DNA of 64,000 nt from a bacterium (lineage in GTDB: Bacteria; CAIWAD01). The stretch covers positions 24,822 through 88,821 of the forward strand of contig JAUXWS010000087.1 of the NCBI GenBank assembly GCA_030685015.1. The letters are read 5' to 3'. The position numbers and the translations under genes are program-made. Within the stretch, counting starts at the first letter, position 1. The number at the start of each line of letters is the position of its first letter. This document shows, piece after piece, positions 44,041 to 53,336 of the stretch. The notes beneath the pieces were generated by a model, which was not told where the DNA came from, made no database searches, and was given only the letters and a program-made list of their open reading frames with translations.

Positions 44041-44780
44041 GTGGACTCGTCCGCCCAGTTCCCGAGCTGGACGGCGACCAGCCGGTGGGCGTCTGGCCAG
44101 GCAGCCCGCCCCGGGTCCTGTGGAGCGACGCCCGGCTCCTGATCCTGGTCAAGCCTTTCAACATGCCGGTGATGGAGGATGAGAGCGGCGACCTGGATCT
44201 TCTCTCCTGGGGTCGGGCCTGGGTGGAAAGGATTTACCACAAGCCGGGCCGCGCCTGGCTGGGCCTGATCCACCGCCTGGACCGCCCCGCCGCCGGACTT
44301 GTCCTGTTGGCGCGCACCTCGCAGGCCGCCGCCCGGCTTAGCGCCCAGTTCCGCCGCCGCACCGTGGGCAAGGTCTACCGGGCCTGGCTGCATGGGACCC
44401 TCGACCGCGCCGAAGGCCGCCTTGAGCACCGGCTGGCCAAGGAGCGAGACCGCAATTTCGTGCGCCTGGCCGACGCCGGGGATGCCGCGGGGCGGGAGGC
44501 CCGCCTGGCTTATCGCCTGCTGGAGCGCCGCCTCCTGCCCGGCCACGGCCCGGCCACTGAAGTGGAGATCCGCCTTGAGACTGGCCGCCCCCACCAGATC
44601 CGTGTCCAGTTCGCCGCCCTGGGGCACCCCCTCGTCGGGGACCTCAAGTATGGCGCCGCGTCGCCGCTGCCGGAGGGGCAGCTGGCCCTCTTCGCGGCCG
44701 GGCTGGCGGCGGCCCATCCGGCCGGTGGACGGCGCATGAGCTGGACGGCGCCCCTGCCGGCAAAGTGGGGCTCTTGGTAG
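44037..44780 (+). CDS. RluA-family pseudouridine synthase
   Basis: Catalytic HRLD motif (LGLIHRLDRPAAGLVLLART) and C-terminal GRPHQIRVQFAALGHPLVGDLKYG motif. GTG start overlaps the upstream stop. Confidence 0.8.
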   Translation: MSGLVRPVPELDGDQPVGVWPGSPPRVLWSDARLLILVKPFNMPVMEDESGDLDLLSWGRAWVERIYHKPGRAWLGLIHRLDRPAAGLVLLARTSQAAARLSAQFRRRTVGKVYRAWLHGTLDRAEGRLEHRLAKERDRNFVRLADAGDAAGREARLAYRLLERRLLPGHGPATEVEIRLETGRPHQIRVQFAALGHPLVGDLKYGAASPLPEGQLALFAAGLAAAHPAGGRRMSWTAPLPAKWGSW

Positions 44781-45298
44781 GCGGACGCGGCCCTGCCACC
44801 GGAGTGGCGGCTCTCCGCACCCGGCTGGAGACATGCCGGCGCCTGATCGTCCTCTGCGCCCCCGGCCTTTTCCCCGCCACCGGTCTCCCGAGCCCCGGCG
44901 CGACTATCGTCCTTGAGATGTCCCGCTTCTTCGAGGACGTCCTCCTGGTGGACGAGGAGAGCGGGGCGGCGGCCTGGCATGGTCGGCAAGGACTGCTACA
45001 AGGAGATGCGGGCAGCCTGGCCAAACGCTTCCTGACCCTGGGGGCGGATCTCTGCCTGGTGGCGGGCGCCCCCTGCCGGACCCCGGAAGTGGCGGCCGTG
45101 GTGGTGGCGGCCTGGCGGGCCGGCGTGCGGATCGTCGAGCTGGGTCCGGCACCCTCGGAGCTGGCCCCGCTGGCCGGGGAGCGGGTGGACGGGTCCACGG
45201 AGGAGCTGCTGGAGGACCTGTGGGATCGCTTTCTCGGGGATGGGGCGGATCATGCCTTGAACAAAGGGGTGGATCGACTGGGACGGCACACCCCATAG
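44765..45298 (+). CDS. hypothetical protein (no recognisable domain)
   Basis: GTG start overlaps the rluA-like gene by 16 nt. An alternative ATG lies at 44918. The coding call rests only on the high-GC3 frame. Confidence 0.3.
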   Translation: MGLLVGGRGPATGVAALRTRLETCRRLIVLCAPGLFPATGLPSPGATIVLEMSRFFEDVLLVDEESGAAAWHGRQGLLQGDAGSLAKRFLTLGADLCLVAGAPCRTPEVAAVVVAAWRAGVRIVELGPAPSELAPLAGERVDGSTEELLEDLWDRFLGDGADHALNKGVDRLGRHTP

Positions 45299-45539
45299 GG
45301 TCGGGCGTCCGCCCCTGCCCTGTCACCAGGACGACACATCCGGTCGGGGGTGGGTCCTGCAGGTTGCCCCAGCGTCCAGTCGATCAACGGTGGCGGACTG
45401 AATCCTGCGAAAAACACCCCACGGACCGGGAACCTGACCTGGAGCTTTTCCGTTTGGCGGCTCGCTCCCCATGACGCCCTTCGAAGGGCGGGTGGGGGGA
45501 GGTGGGAGGGCGCAAAAAAAAACTGTCTGGATGAGCGCC

Positions 45540-46424
45540 TCAGGGACTCGCCCCGGTCCCACCACGCGCCGCTTCGCTTCCACCACCCGGTGGCATAAGC
45601 CCGTAGCGCCGATCCGCCACGGCATCCAGCCCTGCGCGCTCCTGCCGCACCGCCGCCAGGTCCAGGTCCACCACCGCCCCCTCGCGATCATAGAGCGGTT
45701 CCAGGAACACATGCCCGTCCCCCATGCCATAGGCCGCGCTGCCGCCGTCGAAGGCGGTGTTGCCGCTGCGCCCCAGCCGGTTGGCTCCCGCCACCGTGAT
45801 GCCATTCTCCATGGCCCGGGCGCGCAGCAAGTGATGGAAGGCCAGGTGCCGTGCCCGCGGCCACTGGGCGGGGAGCAGCACCAGTTCGGCGCCGCGGGCG
45901 GCCAGGTCGCGGAAGAGCTCGGGGAAGCGCAGGTCGTAGCAAATGGCGAGACCCACCCGCAACCGCTTCCCGTCCATGACCAAATCGGCGACGCAAGGGG
46001 TGTCGCCCGCCCGCACCCACGCCGGCTCGCCCATGGGACCGAAGAGGTGCAGCTTGTCGTAGCGGGCCAGGATGCGGCCATCCTGGATGAGCCAGGTGCG
46101 ATTGGCCAGGGCCGGTGTTCGAGCGTCCCTCAATCGAAGGGGCAGTGACCCGGGGCACAGCAGCAGGCCCGGCCGCCGCGCGCTCCAGGCCAGGAGGGGG
46201 GACAAGGCCCCTTCGTCCTCCAGGGTCCCCCGGGCGAGGCGTCCGCCGTCGAAAGTCGCGTTCCAGAACTCGGGCAGCAGGATGACCCGGGCGCCCTGGT
46301 CCGCCAGGTCCTCCAGCCGGTCGGGCAGCCGGGCGAGCGGGGGGGCCTGCTCCGGATCCAGCTGGAGCACTCCCAGCCGCACGCTGGCAGCCGGTCCGTC
46401 CGGTCTTCCACTGGAATCAGCCAC
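45540..46424 (-). CDS. carbon-nitrogen hydrolase (nitrilase superfamily) family protein
   Basis: LGVLQLDPE...ARVILLPEFWN (Glu), YDKLHLF (Lys) and GLAICYDLRFPE (Cys) form the catalytic triad context. The real start is uncertain (ORF extends to 46469). Confidence 0.7.
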   Translation of the reverse strand: MADSSGRPDGPAASVRLGVLQLDPEQAPPLARLPDRLEDLADQGARVILLPEFWNATFDGGRLARGTLEDEGALSPLLAWSARRPGLLLCPGSLPLRLRDARTPALANRTWLIQDGRILARYDKLHLFGPMGEPAWVRAGDTPCVADLVMDGKRLRVGLAICYDLRFPELFRDLAARGAELVLLPAQWPRARHLAFHHLLRARAMENGITVAGANRLGRSGNTAFDGGSAAYGMGDGHVFLEPLYDREGAVVDLDLAAVRQERAGLDAVADRRYGLMPPGGGSEAARGGTGASP

Positions 46425-46478
46425 CCGAATCCTCCTCTTTGCCGTTTCCAGGATGCCCAACACCTCCACCCGACCTGG

Positions 46479-47840
46479 TCACACCACCCGCCGCATCCAG
46501 TCACCGCGCCGGTAGGCGCGCTGCAGGATCAAGGCGTAGGCCGTGAGATAGATCGCCAGCGCGGCGAAGCCTTCCAGGATGCCACCCTTGAAGCCGTAGA
46601 TGATGACAGCCGAGACGGGCAGGAAGACCAGCCAGTTGAGACCCACGTCCACGCGCATGACAAAGGCGGTCATCCCCGCGCCCTCCAGGCAGCCCGCCGT
46701 TGTCATGCCCAGGGCGTCCAGGGCCTGGAAGAGCCCCAGCAGCCGCAGGGGCCAGCGGGCGGCTTCATGCACGGCCGGATCGCTGGTGAAGAGCGACATG
46801 AGCGGGTCGGGCGCCAGGATGAACACAAGGCCCAGTCCGCTCATGAGCAGCATGCCCAGCTTCTGGGCCTCCCAGCCCGCCCGCTTCGCCTCCTCGGGCC
46901 GGCCCGCCCCCATCAACTGCCCGATCAGGGTGCTGGCCGCGATGCCGATGCCGAAACCCGGCATGAAGGAAAAGGACAGGATGGTGAAGACCACATTGGT
47001 GGCCGCCACCTCCACCATCCCCACGTGTCGCATCATGGCAATGAAGAAGGTGAAGCCCGCCAGCACGAGGAAGGCCTGGGCGGCGGCCGGCGCGGCCAGG
47101 CGCAGCAGGTGGGCGGGACCCTCCGCGGCATGGGCGGCGCGCCGCAGGACCATGCGCCAGTGGAATCCCCAGCGGTCCCGCAAACCGGTGCGGTAGGCCT
47201 GCCACAGGAAGAGGCCGCAGCCGGCGGTGGTGGCCAGCAGGGAGGCCAATCCCGCTCCCGGCGCCCCAAGGGCGGGGGCGCCCAGCCGGCCGAAGATGAA
47301 GATCCAGTTCAACGGGATGTTGAGCAGGTTGATGGCGATGGCCACGCGCATGTGCTGCTTCGTGTCGCCCACGCCGTTGTAGAAACCCCGCAACGCGGAG
47401 ATGACGACGAAGGGCACCAGGCCGCTGATCCGCCACAGCGAGTAGTGAAGGCAGGGCTGGTAGAGCGGATCTTCCGGCCCCTGCAGCACCAGACCGTAGT
47501 AGACAGGGTAGATGAGGAAGAGCAGGCCGGTCAGCGCCAGGGCCAGCGGCAGTCCCGCCTGGAGGGCCGAGGCGAGGGCCCGCCCCGCCGCCTGGTGGTC
47601 CTCCTGGCCCGTGCGGCGGGCCGTGAGGATCTGGGTTCCCGTGGCAAGATGCCCCACGGCTCCCATCACCATCCACACGGCGAGGCCGGCCAGCCCGGTG
47701 GCGCCGAGGGCCACCACGCCCAGGCGGCCCACCATCATCGTGTCGACCATGCCCACCACGGTCTGGCTGAGCTGGGAGATGACGACAGGGACGGCCAGGC
47801 GGATCACCTGGCGGGAGAGCGTGGGGTGCAGCAGGCTCAT
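46479..47840 (-). CDS. MATE-family efflux transporter
   Basis: Start MSLLHPTLSRQVIRLAVPVVISQLSQTVVGMVDTMMVGRLG. 12 TM helices. The N-terminal 118 codons of the ORF-table entry overlap the upstream gene and are discounted. Confidence 0.8.
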   Translation of the reverse strand: MSLLHPTLSRQVIRLAVPVVISQLSQTVVGMVDTMMVGRLGVVALGATGLAGLAVWMVMGAVGHLATGTQILTARRTGQEDHQAAGRALASALQAGLPLALALTGLLFLIYPVYYGLVLQGPEDPLYQPCLHYSLWRISGLVPFVVISALRGFYNGVGDTKQHMRVAIAINLLNIPLNWIFIFGRLGAPALGAPGAGLASLLATTAGCGLFLWQAYRTGLRDRWGFHWRMVLRRAAHAAEGPAHLLRLAAPAAAQAFLVLAGFTFFIAMMRHVGMVEVAATNVVFTILSFSFMPGFGIGIAASTLIGQLMGAGRPEEAKRAGWEAQKLGMLLMSGLGLVFILAPDPLMSLFTSDPAVHEAARWPLRLLGLFQALDALGMTTAGCLEGAGMTAFVMRVDVGLNWLVFLPVSAVIIYGFKGGILEGFAALAIYLTAYALILQRAYRRGDWMRRVV

Positions 47841-49200
47841 CGGGCCGAGAGGTCCATCTCCTGCCCGGGCAGCGCCTCCTCGACGACCAGGCCGGGATCC
47901 TGCTCCAGGGCGGCCCAGCCCAGGCGGCGGGCGGAATCCTTGCGCCCGGGCAGCATCACCAGGTGGGAAGGGGCCACGCGCCGCAGCATGTCCAGCAGTT
48001 CGGGCAGGCTGGAATGCGAGGAGAAGAGGTAGCTCTCGATGCGGCAATGGCGCGGCAGGGCCACGCCGGCGAAGTCCAGCTGCTCGCCGGGGGCGGACTG
48101 CAACACCTGCTTGGCGAAGCTGCCGCCCGCGGCATGTCCCACGAAGAAGATGGCGTGCAGCGGCAAGGGCAGCAGCTGGCGGGCCAGGCGCCAAGAGGCG
48201 CTGTGCGGCTGCATCATGCCGGAGGGCACCAGGAAGATGCGCGAGCCGGACAGGTCCACCTCATCCTCGTCCAGATCGAGGATGTCCACCATCGTCTCCA
48301 CGAACTGGAAGTCCGGCAGCAAGCGGCGGTCGTGGGCGGCGAACTGGTCGTAGAGCTGGGCGATCTCCCAGGCCCGGCGGCCCAGGTAGACGGGCAAGGG
48401 GGGGATGCGGCCCTTGCGTTTCAGGCTGTGCAGGATGTAGAGCAGTTCCTGGGCCCGGCCCATGTTGAAGACGGGCATGAGCAGGGAACCGCCCACGCCG
48501 GCCACCTCGCGGATGCCGGCGGCCAGCCGTTCGATCTCGTCCCGCCGGGAGAGGGTGGCGTGCTGCTTGCTCCAGGCCACCGTGCTCTCGCTGACCACCA
48601 CATCGGCGCCGGGCGGGTAGATCGCGCCCTGGATGACGCTTTGCGGCCGCCCGCAGATGTCCGCCGTATAGTAAAGGGATCGACCCTCCACTTCAATCAG
48701 CCAGCTGACGCTGCCCAGGATGTGCCCGGCATCCAGGGGCGTGAGGAAGAGGCCGGGATCGGCCGCCACGGGATTGATGCGCACGCCCTTTTCCACGAAG
48801 CGCAGGCGGTGGTCCAGGTCCTGCACGTCGGCTGGTCCGTAGAGCGGCTCCTCCGCGCTGTCGCCCGCCTCGCAGGCCTGGGCCCACAGGGTGGCGTGCC
48901 GGCACAGCTGGAGGCGGGTCAGGCGCCAGGTGGCCTCCGTGCACAGGATGACGGCCTCGGGCCAGCGGGCGGCCAGCACGGGCAGGGCGGCCATGTGGTC
49001 CACGTGGGCATGGCTGATCAGGATGGCGTGGACGGGGTAGTAGTCCTGGTGGCGGTCCAGCAGACTGAGGTCGGGCAGGGCGGCACGTCCCTCGATGATG
49101 GGATCCAGGCCGGCATCCAGCAACAGACCGGCCTGCCCCGCGCTCAAGTGGCGGCAATGGGCGGCATGGTCGCCGGCGGGTCCCAACAGCGTGAAATACA
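47837..49200 (-). CDS. MBL-fold metallo-hydrolase (beta-CASP-like RNA-metabolising family)
   Basis: Start MYFTLLGPAG. HxHxDH motif (ISHAHVDHMAALP) and later conserved Asp/His positions. Confidence 0.7.
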
Positions 49201-49397
49201 TGATGGAATGTAGCAAAGCTGACCATGCAGTCCGGTGAAGGCGCCGGATCGACAGGCCCAATCATGTGCGGGGAGACGGCGCCCCCCATCCCTCACTCAA
49301 GTTGTCCCACAGCTTTGCCGATGAGCACTTCGCCGGTGAGTCATGAAGTCACCGGTCACCCGGTCCTCTGCGGGGGATCGGTTACAACTGCTGCGAC

Positions 49398-49424
49398 GCC
49401 GGGGCTTGGCCCCGGCGTTTTCTC
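49398..49424 (+). terminator. rho-independent terminator-like hairpin with no annotated upstream plus-strand gene (possible sRNA 3' end)
   Basis: gccggggc-ttg-gccccggc followed by gttttctc. Confidence 0.4.
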
Positions 49425-49557
49425 ACATGGGCTGTGAATCAGGTGTGGCCAGACCTTGGGTGCCAGCATCCCGCTGTCCGGTGCTACAGGCATGGGGCAT
49501 CAGGTCGTCACCGGGTTTGTTGTGAATCCTATGGCCTGTGCCAGTCTGCGGACAGGT

Positions 49558-49790
49558 GTCCGACACTTCGTCCGACACCTGGCTAACCTTTGCCCCCCGA
49601 CCGGGGATGGGGGCGGCGCAAGCGCTCACTGACATGGACAGATCTGGCTTGACCAGGCCACTTCCTCCCCGGTCATCCATACATACATCCAGCTTACGAT
49701 CCATTCTCGGGGTGATTGATCGCGGTGATCATGGACTCAGGTCGTGGGATTGTCAAGATGCTGGGACAGGAGTCGGACGAAGTGTCGGAC
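49558..49790. repeat. MITE-like unit bounded by 19-bp perfect terminal inverted repeats
   Basis: gtccgacacttcgtccgac (49558-49576) and gtcggacgaagtgtcggac (49772-49790) lie 195 bp apart in a 650-bp non-coding gap. The left repeat contains a direct duplication of GTCCGACAC. Confidence 0.55.
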
Positions 49791-49845
49791 TCCCTGGTAG
49801 ATTCTGCCCACTTCCTGCAGGCAGGCCGCGGATCATCCCGGGGCA

Positions 49846-50361
49846 TCAGTCCGCCCAGGACGCCGCCATGCGGCGCATGACGCCGCGGTGCTCCGCCTCG
49901 TGCTGCAGCAGGTGCGTCAGGATCCAGTCCGGGGCCGCCGCCCCTTCCAGTCCCAGGACCAGCTCTCCCAGTCCATCCTCCCGCAGGCGGAGGCATTCCG
50001 TCACAAGCCGCGAGCGGGACTCCTCCAACGCCGCGAGCAATTCCGGCAGGGTGGCGGTCCCGGCCCGGGCCAGCCGTCCGTCCGGGTCCAGGACATCCGC
50101 GATGGGCAGCAGCGCCAGTGCCTCGGCGGGAATCTCCCGGCCCAGCAGGTCGCAGTAGAGCCAGTCCAGCTCGATGGCGGCCAAGTGGGCCAGGTGGGCG
50201 GCCAGACTGTTGGGGAACTGGGGCGAGGACCAATGCAGACGCTCGGGCGGCACCGCCGCCACGACGCGCAGGGTCCGTCGCCGGCCCTCCTCCAGTTGGG
50301 CCAGCAGCAGGCTGAGCCTGCCATCGCCCCCCGCCGCCGGCAAGCGAAAGGGATCTCTCAT
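49846..50361 (-). CDS. DinB/YfiT-like (DinB_2) four-helix-bundle metalloenzyme family protein
   Basis: Start MRDPFRLP. The LLQHEAEHRGVMRRM C-terminal His motif is typical of the DinB_2 family. The Arg-rich upstream extension is discounted. Confidence 0.55.
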   Translation of the reverse strand: MRDPFRLPAAGGDGRLSLLLAQLEEGRRRTLRVVAAVPPERLHWSSPQFPNSLAAHLAHLAAIELDWLYCDLLGREIPAEALALLPIADVLDPDGRLARAGTATLPELLAALEESRSRLVTECLRLREDGLGELVLGLEGAAAPDWILTHLLQHEAEHRGVMRRMAASWAD

Positions 50362-50837
50362 CCGGTCCGACCCTTGACGGGGCGGGCGGGCACGCCGGCC
50401 ACCACGGCGCCGTCGGGCACGTCCTTCGTCACCACGCTGCCCGCCCCCACCATCGCGTCCCGGCCGATCGTCACGCCGCAAAGGATGGTGGAACCAGTGC
50501 CGATGGAGGCTCCCGCCAGCACCCTCGTGCGCTCCAGGGTCCAGTCCTCCTCGGTCTGGGGCGAGCCGTCCGCCCGCGTGGCGCGGGGGCGCCGGTCATT
50601 GATGAAGGAGACGTTGTGGCCCACAAAGACGCCGTCGCCGATCTCCACCCCCTCGCAGATGAAGGTGTGGCTGCTGATCTTGCAGTTGCGGCCGATGCGC
50701 GCGCCCTTCTGGATCTCCACGAAAGCGCCCACCTTGCTCCCATCGCCGATCTCGCAGCCGTAGAGGTTGACAAAGCAGAAGATCCTGACCCCCTCGCCCA
50801 GCTTGACGTCCGGCGCGATCCTCGTATAAGCCTCCAT
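50358..50837 (-). CDS. hexapeptide-repeat acyltransferase (WbbJ/maltose O-acetyltransferase-like)
   Basis: Left-handed beta-helix repeats (VGHNVSFINDRRP...IGTGSTILCGVTIGRDAMVGAGSVV). Confidence 0.75.
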   Translation of the reverse strand: MEAYTRIAPDVKLGEGVRIFCFVNLYGCEIGDGSKVGAFVEIQKGARIGRNCKISSHTFICEGVEIGDGVFVGHNVSFINDRRPRATRADGSPQTEEDWTLERTRVLAGASIGTGSTILCGVTIGRDAMVGAGSVVTKDVPDGAVVAGVPARPVKGRTG

Positions 50838-50867
50838 CCGGCCATTCCTTTCTCCAGGTGAACTCCC

Positions 50868-51881
50868 CTACGACAGCTCAGCCAGCTCCACCCGGCGGCC
50901 GCCCTGGCGCAGGCTGTGCTCGGCGGCCTCCAGCATGCGCGTCACGCGCAGGGCGTGGGCCGGGCCGCAGAGGGGTTCGGCGCCCGTGCGGATGCCGGCC
51001 AGGAAGTCACGGGCCATGCCCGCCAGCGCCTCGCCGCCGTCCAGGCGCGGCGCGCGCATGTCCCCCGTGCGATAGCTGACCAGCGTGCGCCAGATCTCCT
51101 CGGGCCGGGTCAGTTCCACGCCGCGGTCGTACACCTTGATCTTCTCGCTGGGCTCCATGTCATCGTACACGACCATGTGGCGGTCGCCGCCGATGAGGAT
51201 GCGCCTCACCTTGACGGGGGCGATCCAATTGACGTGGAAGTGGGCGATGAGCTGGTCCGGATAGAAGACCGTCAGGTAGGCCAGATCCTCGTGCTGGTAG
51301 TAATGGCGGGCGCCGCAGGCCTGCACGGCCTGGGGCTCCACCCCCGTCAGGTGGTCGCAGATGCTGAGGTCGTGGGGCGCCAGGTCCCACACCACGTTGG
51401 TGTCGTGCTGGAAGAGGCCCAGGTTGACGCGCACGCTGTCGAAGTAAAGCAGGCGGCCCAGTTCGCCGCCGTCCACCAGCTCGCGGATCTTGCGCACGGC
51501 CCCGGTGTAGAGGAAGGTGTGGTCCACCATCAGGGTCAAGCCCTTGCCCCGGGCCAGTCCGATCAGTTCGCGGGCCTGGGCGGCGCTTTCCGTGAAGGGC
51601 TTCTCCACCAGCAGGTGGCAGCCCGCCTCCAGGGCCAGCCGTCCCAAGTCGAAATGGGTGGAGAGGGGCGTGGCCAGCGCCACGGCGTCCAGCCCTTGCC
51701 CGAGCATCTGCTCGAAGCCGGCGGCCACCCGTGTTCCGGGAAATCGCCGGGCGGCGGCGGTGCGGCGCCCCTCGTCGAGGTCGGTGATCCAGAGCTCCTC
51801 CACGTCGGGCAGGGCCTGGAAATTGCGCACCAGATTGGGTCCCCAGTAGCCGAGCCCCACCACGCCGAATCTCATGATCAC
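50868..51881 (-). CDS. Gfo/Idh/MocA-family oxidoreductase (second WbpB-like sugar-nucleotide dehydrogenase)
   Basis: MRFGVVGLGYWGPNLVRNF...EKPFTESAAQAREL. Confidence 0.75.
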   Translation of the reverse strand: MIMRFGVVGLGYWGPNLVRNFQALPDVEELWITDLDEGRRTAAARRFPGTRVAAGFEQMLGQGLDAVALATPLSTHFDLGRLALEAGCHLLVEKPFTESAAQARELIGLARGKGLTLMVDHTFLYTGAVRKIRELVDGGELGRLLYFDSVRVNLGLFQHDTNVVWDLAPHDLSICDHLTGVEPQAVQACGARHYYQHEDLAYLTVFYPDQLIAHFHVNWIAPVKVRRILIGGDRHMVVYDDMEPSEKIKVYDRGVELTRPEEIWRTLVSYRTGDMRAPRLDGGEALAGMARDFLAGIRTGAEPLCGPAHALRVTRMLEAAEHSLRQGGRRVELAELS

Positions 51882-51933
51882 CTCGCTGGTCGACCGGACA
51901 GTGTCACTCTTCTTCGCTATCGCTTTCGGTACT

Positions 51934-51966
51934 GATCTCGATATCGATATCGATATCGGTATCGAT
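51934..51966. repeat. hexanucleotide repeat block (ATCGAT/GATATC)n
   Basis: gatctcgatatcgatatcgatatcggtatcgat lies in the divergent promoter region. Confidence 0.9.
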
Positions 51967-52046
51967 TCCGGGTTCGGCCCTCAGACCAATGTCCATGCGC
52001 GAAGCCACTTATAGACTGTGAGTCTGACTGCAAGCCGAGAAACAAT

Positions 52047-52103
52047 CTCGATCACGATATCGATATCGATAGCGATAGCGATAGCGATAGCGATAGCGAT
52101 AAC
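52047..52103. repeat. hexanucleotide repeat block, GATATC x2 then (AGCGAT)x6
   Basis: tcgatcacgatatcgatatcgatagcgatagcgatagcgatagcgatagcgataa lies 115 bp upstream of the DegT-like start. Confidence 0.9.
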
Positions 52104-52217
52104 TGTGGTCAAGGTCGGATGAAGGCCCCGGTTTCTCCAAGCCGCGCCCAATCGCCACCTTTCCGCCTGCCCGAGCGGCCGGGGCGGCCGCCGGGGGACC
52201 ATCAGCACGGAGCTGTC

Positions 52218-53336
52218 ATGCCCGTCCCCTTCCTTGATCTGAAGATCCAATACCAGAGCATCAAACCCGAGATCGACGAAGCCATTGCCGGCATCCTCGC
52301 CCGGACCGAGTTCGTGACGGGTCCCACCGTCCGCGCCTTCGAGGAGGCCTTCGCCGCCGCCCACGGGGTCCGCTTCTGCGCCACCTGCAACAGCGGCACG
52401 GCGGCCCTGCATCTCATGCTGTGGGGGTTGGACATCGGACCCGGCGACGAGGTGCTCACCGCCGCCAACACCTTCATGGCGACGGCGGGCGGGATCAAGC
52501 TGGCCGGCGCCCGGCCCCGCCTGGCCGACGTGCGCGAGGAGGACTTCAACCTGGACCCGGAGCGCGTGGAGGCGGCCCTCACGCCGCGCACCCGCGCCCT
52601 CCTTCCCGTCCACCTCTACGGCCAGTGCGCCGATCTGGCCCCGCTCGCGGAGATCGCCCGCCGCCACGGCCTCCTGCTTCTGGAGGATGCCGCCCAGGCC
52701 CACCTCGCCACCTTCGAGGGCGGGCATGCCGGGCAGCATGGACGCGCCGCCGCATTCAGTTTCTACCCGGGCAAGAACCTGGGAGCCTACGGCGAGGGCG
52801 GCGCCGTGCTCACCAACGACGAGGACCTCTGGCGGCGCATCTGCCGCCTGCGCGACCACGGCATGCCCGAGAAGTACCTGCACACCGAGTGGGGCCACAA
52901 CTACCGGCTGGAGGGCCTGCAGGGGGCCGTCCTCGGCGTCAAGCTGCGCCATCTGGAAGCCTGGACGGAGGCCCGTCTCCAGGTGGCCGCCTGGTACCGG
53001 GAGGAGCTGGCCGGCCTGCCCGGCCTCCTTTGTCCGCAGGAGTTGCCCGGCCGCCGCCATGTCTACCACTTGTTCGTCATCCGCGTGACGCCGGAGTCCG
53101 GCATCAGCCGCGATGCCCTGATGGCCCGTCTGCAGCAGGCGGGAATCGGCTGCGGCCTGCACTATCCGCGCCCCGTCCACCTGCAGCCGGCGGCGGCGGA
53201 ACTGGGCTACCAGGCCGGGGACTTCCCGGTGACGGAGCGCCTCGCTGGCGAGATCCTCAGCTTGCCCATGTACGCGGAGCTGACGCGGGAGCAGGTGGCG
53301 GAGGTGGGTCGAATCCTGCGCTCAGCCCTGTCCTGA
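52218..53336 (+). CDS. DegT/DnrJ/EryC1/StrS PLP-dependent sugar aminotransferase (third copy in window)
   Basis: Start MPVPFLDLKIQYQ. FSFYPGKNLGAYGEGGAVL carries the PLP lysine. The upstream 33 codons in the ORF table are discounted. Confidence 0.85.
   Translation: MPVPFLDLKIQYQSIKPEIDEAIAGILARTEFVTGPTVRAFEEAFAAAHGVRFCATCNSGTAALHLMLWGLDIGPGDEVLTAANTFMATAGGIKLAGARPRLADVREEDFNLDPERVEAALTPRTRALLPVHLYGQCADLAPLAEIARRHGLLLLEDAAQAHLATFEGGHAGQHGRAAAFSFYPGKNLGAYGEGGAVLTNDEDLWRRICRLRDHGMPEKYLHTEWGHNYRLEGLQGAVLGVKLRHLEAWTEARLQVAAWYREELAGLPGLLCPQELPGRRHVYHLFVIRVTPESGISRDALMARLQQAGIGCGLHYPRPVHLQPAAAELGYQAGDFPVTERLAGEILSLPMYAELTREQVAEVGRILRSALS

Noticed and set aside
45298-45540. A9 run flanked by GGCGC/GCGCC as a possible terminator
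   Set aside because: The stem arms are separated by about 26 nt and no proper T-tract follows a tight hairpin on either strand. The evidence is weak.
51981-53180. 399-aa reverse-strand ORF containing an (AI)n stretch
   Set aside because: It reads through the hexanucleotide repeats and is antisense to the DegT aminotransferase. It is not coding.
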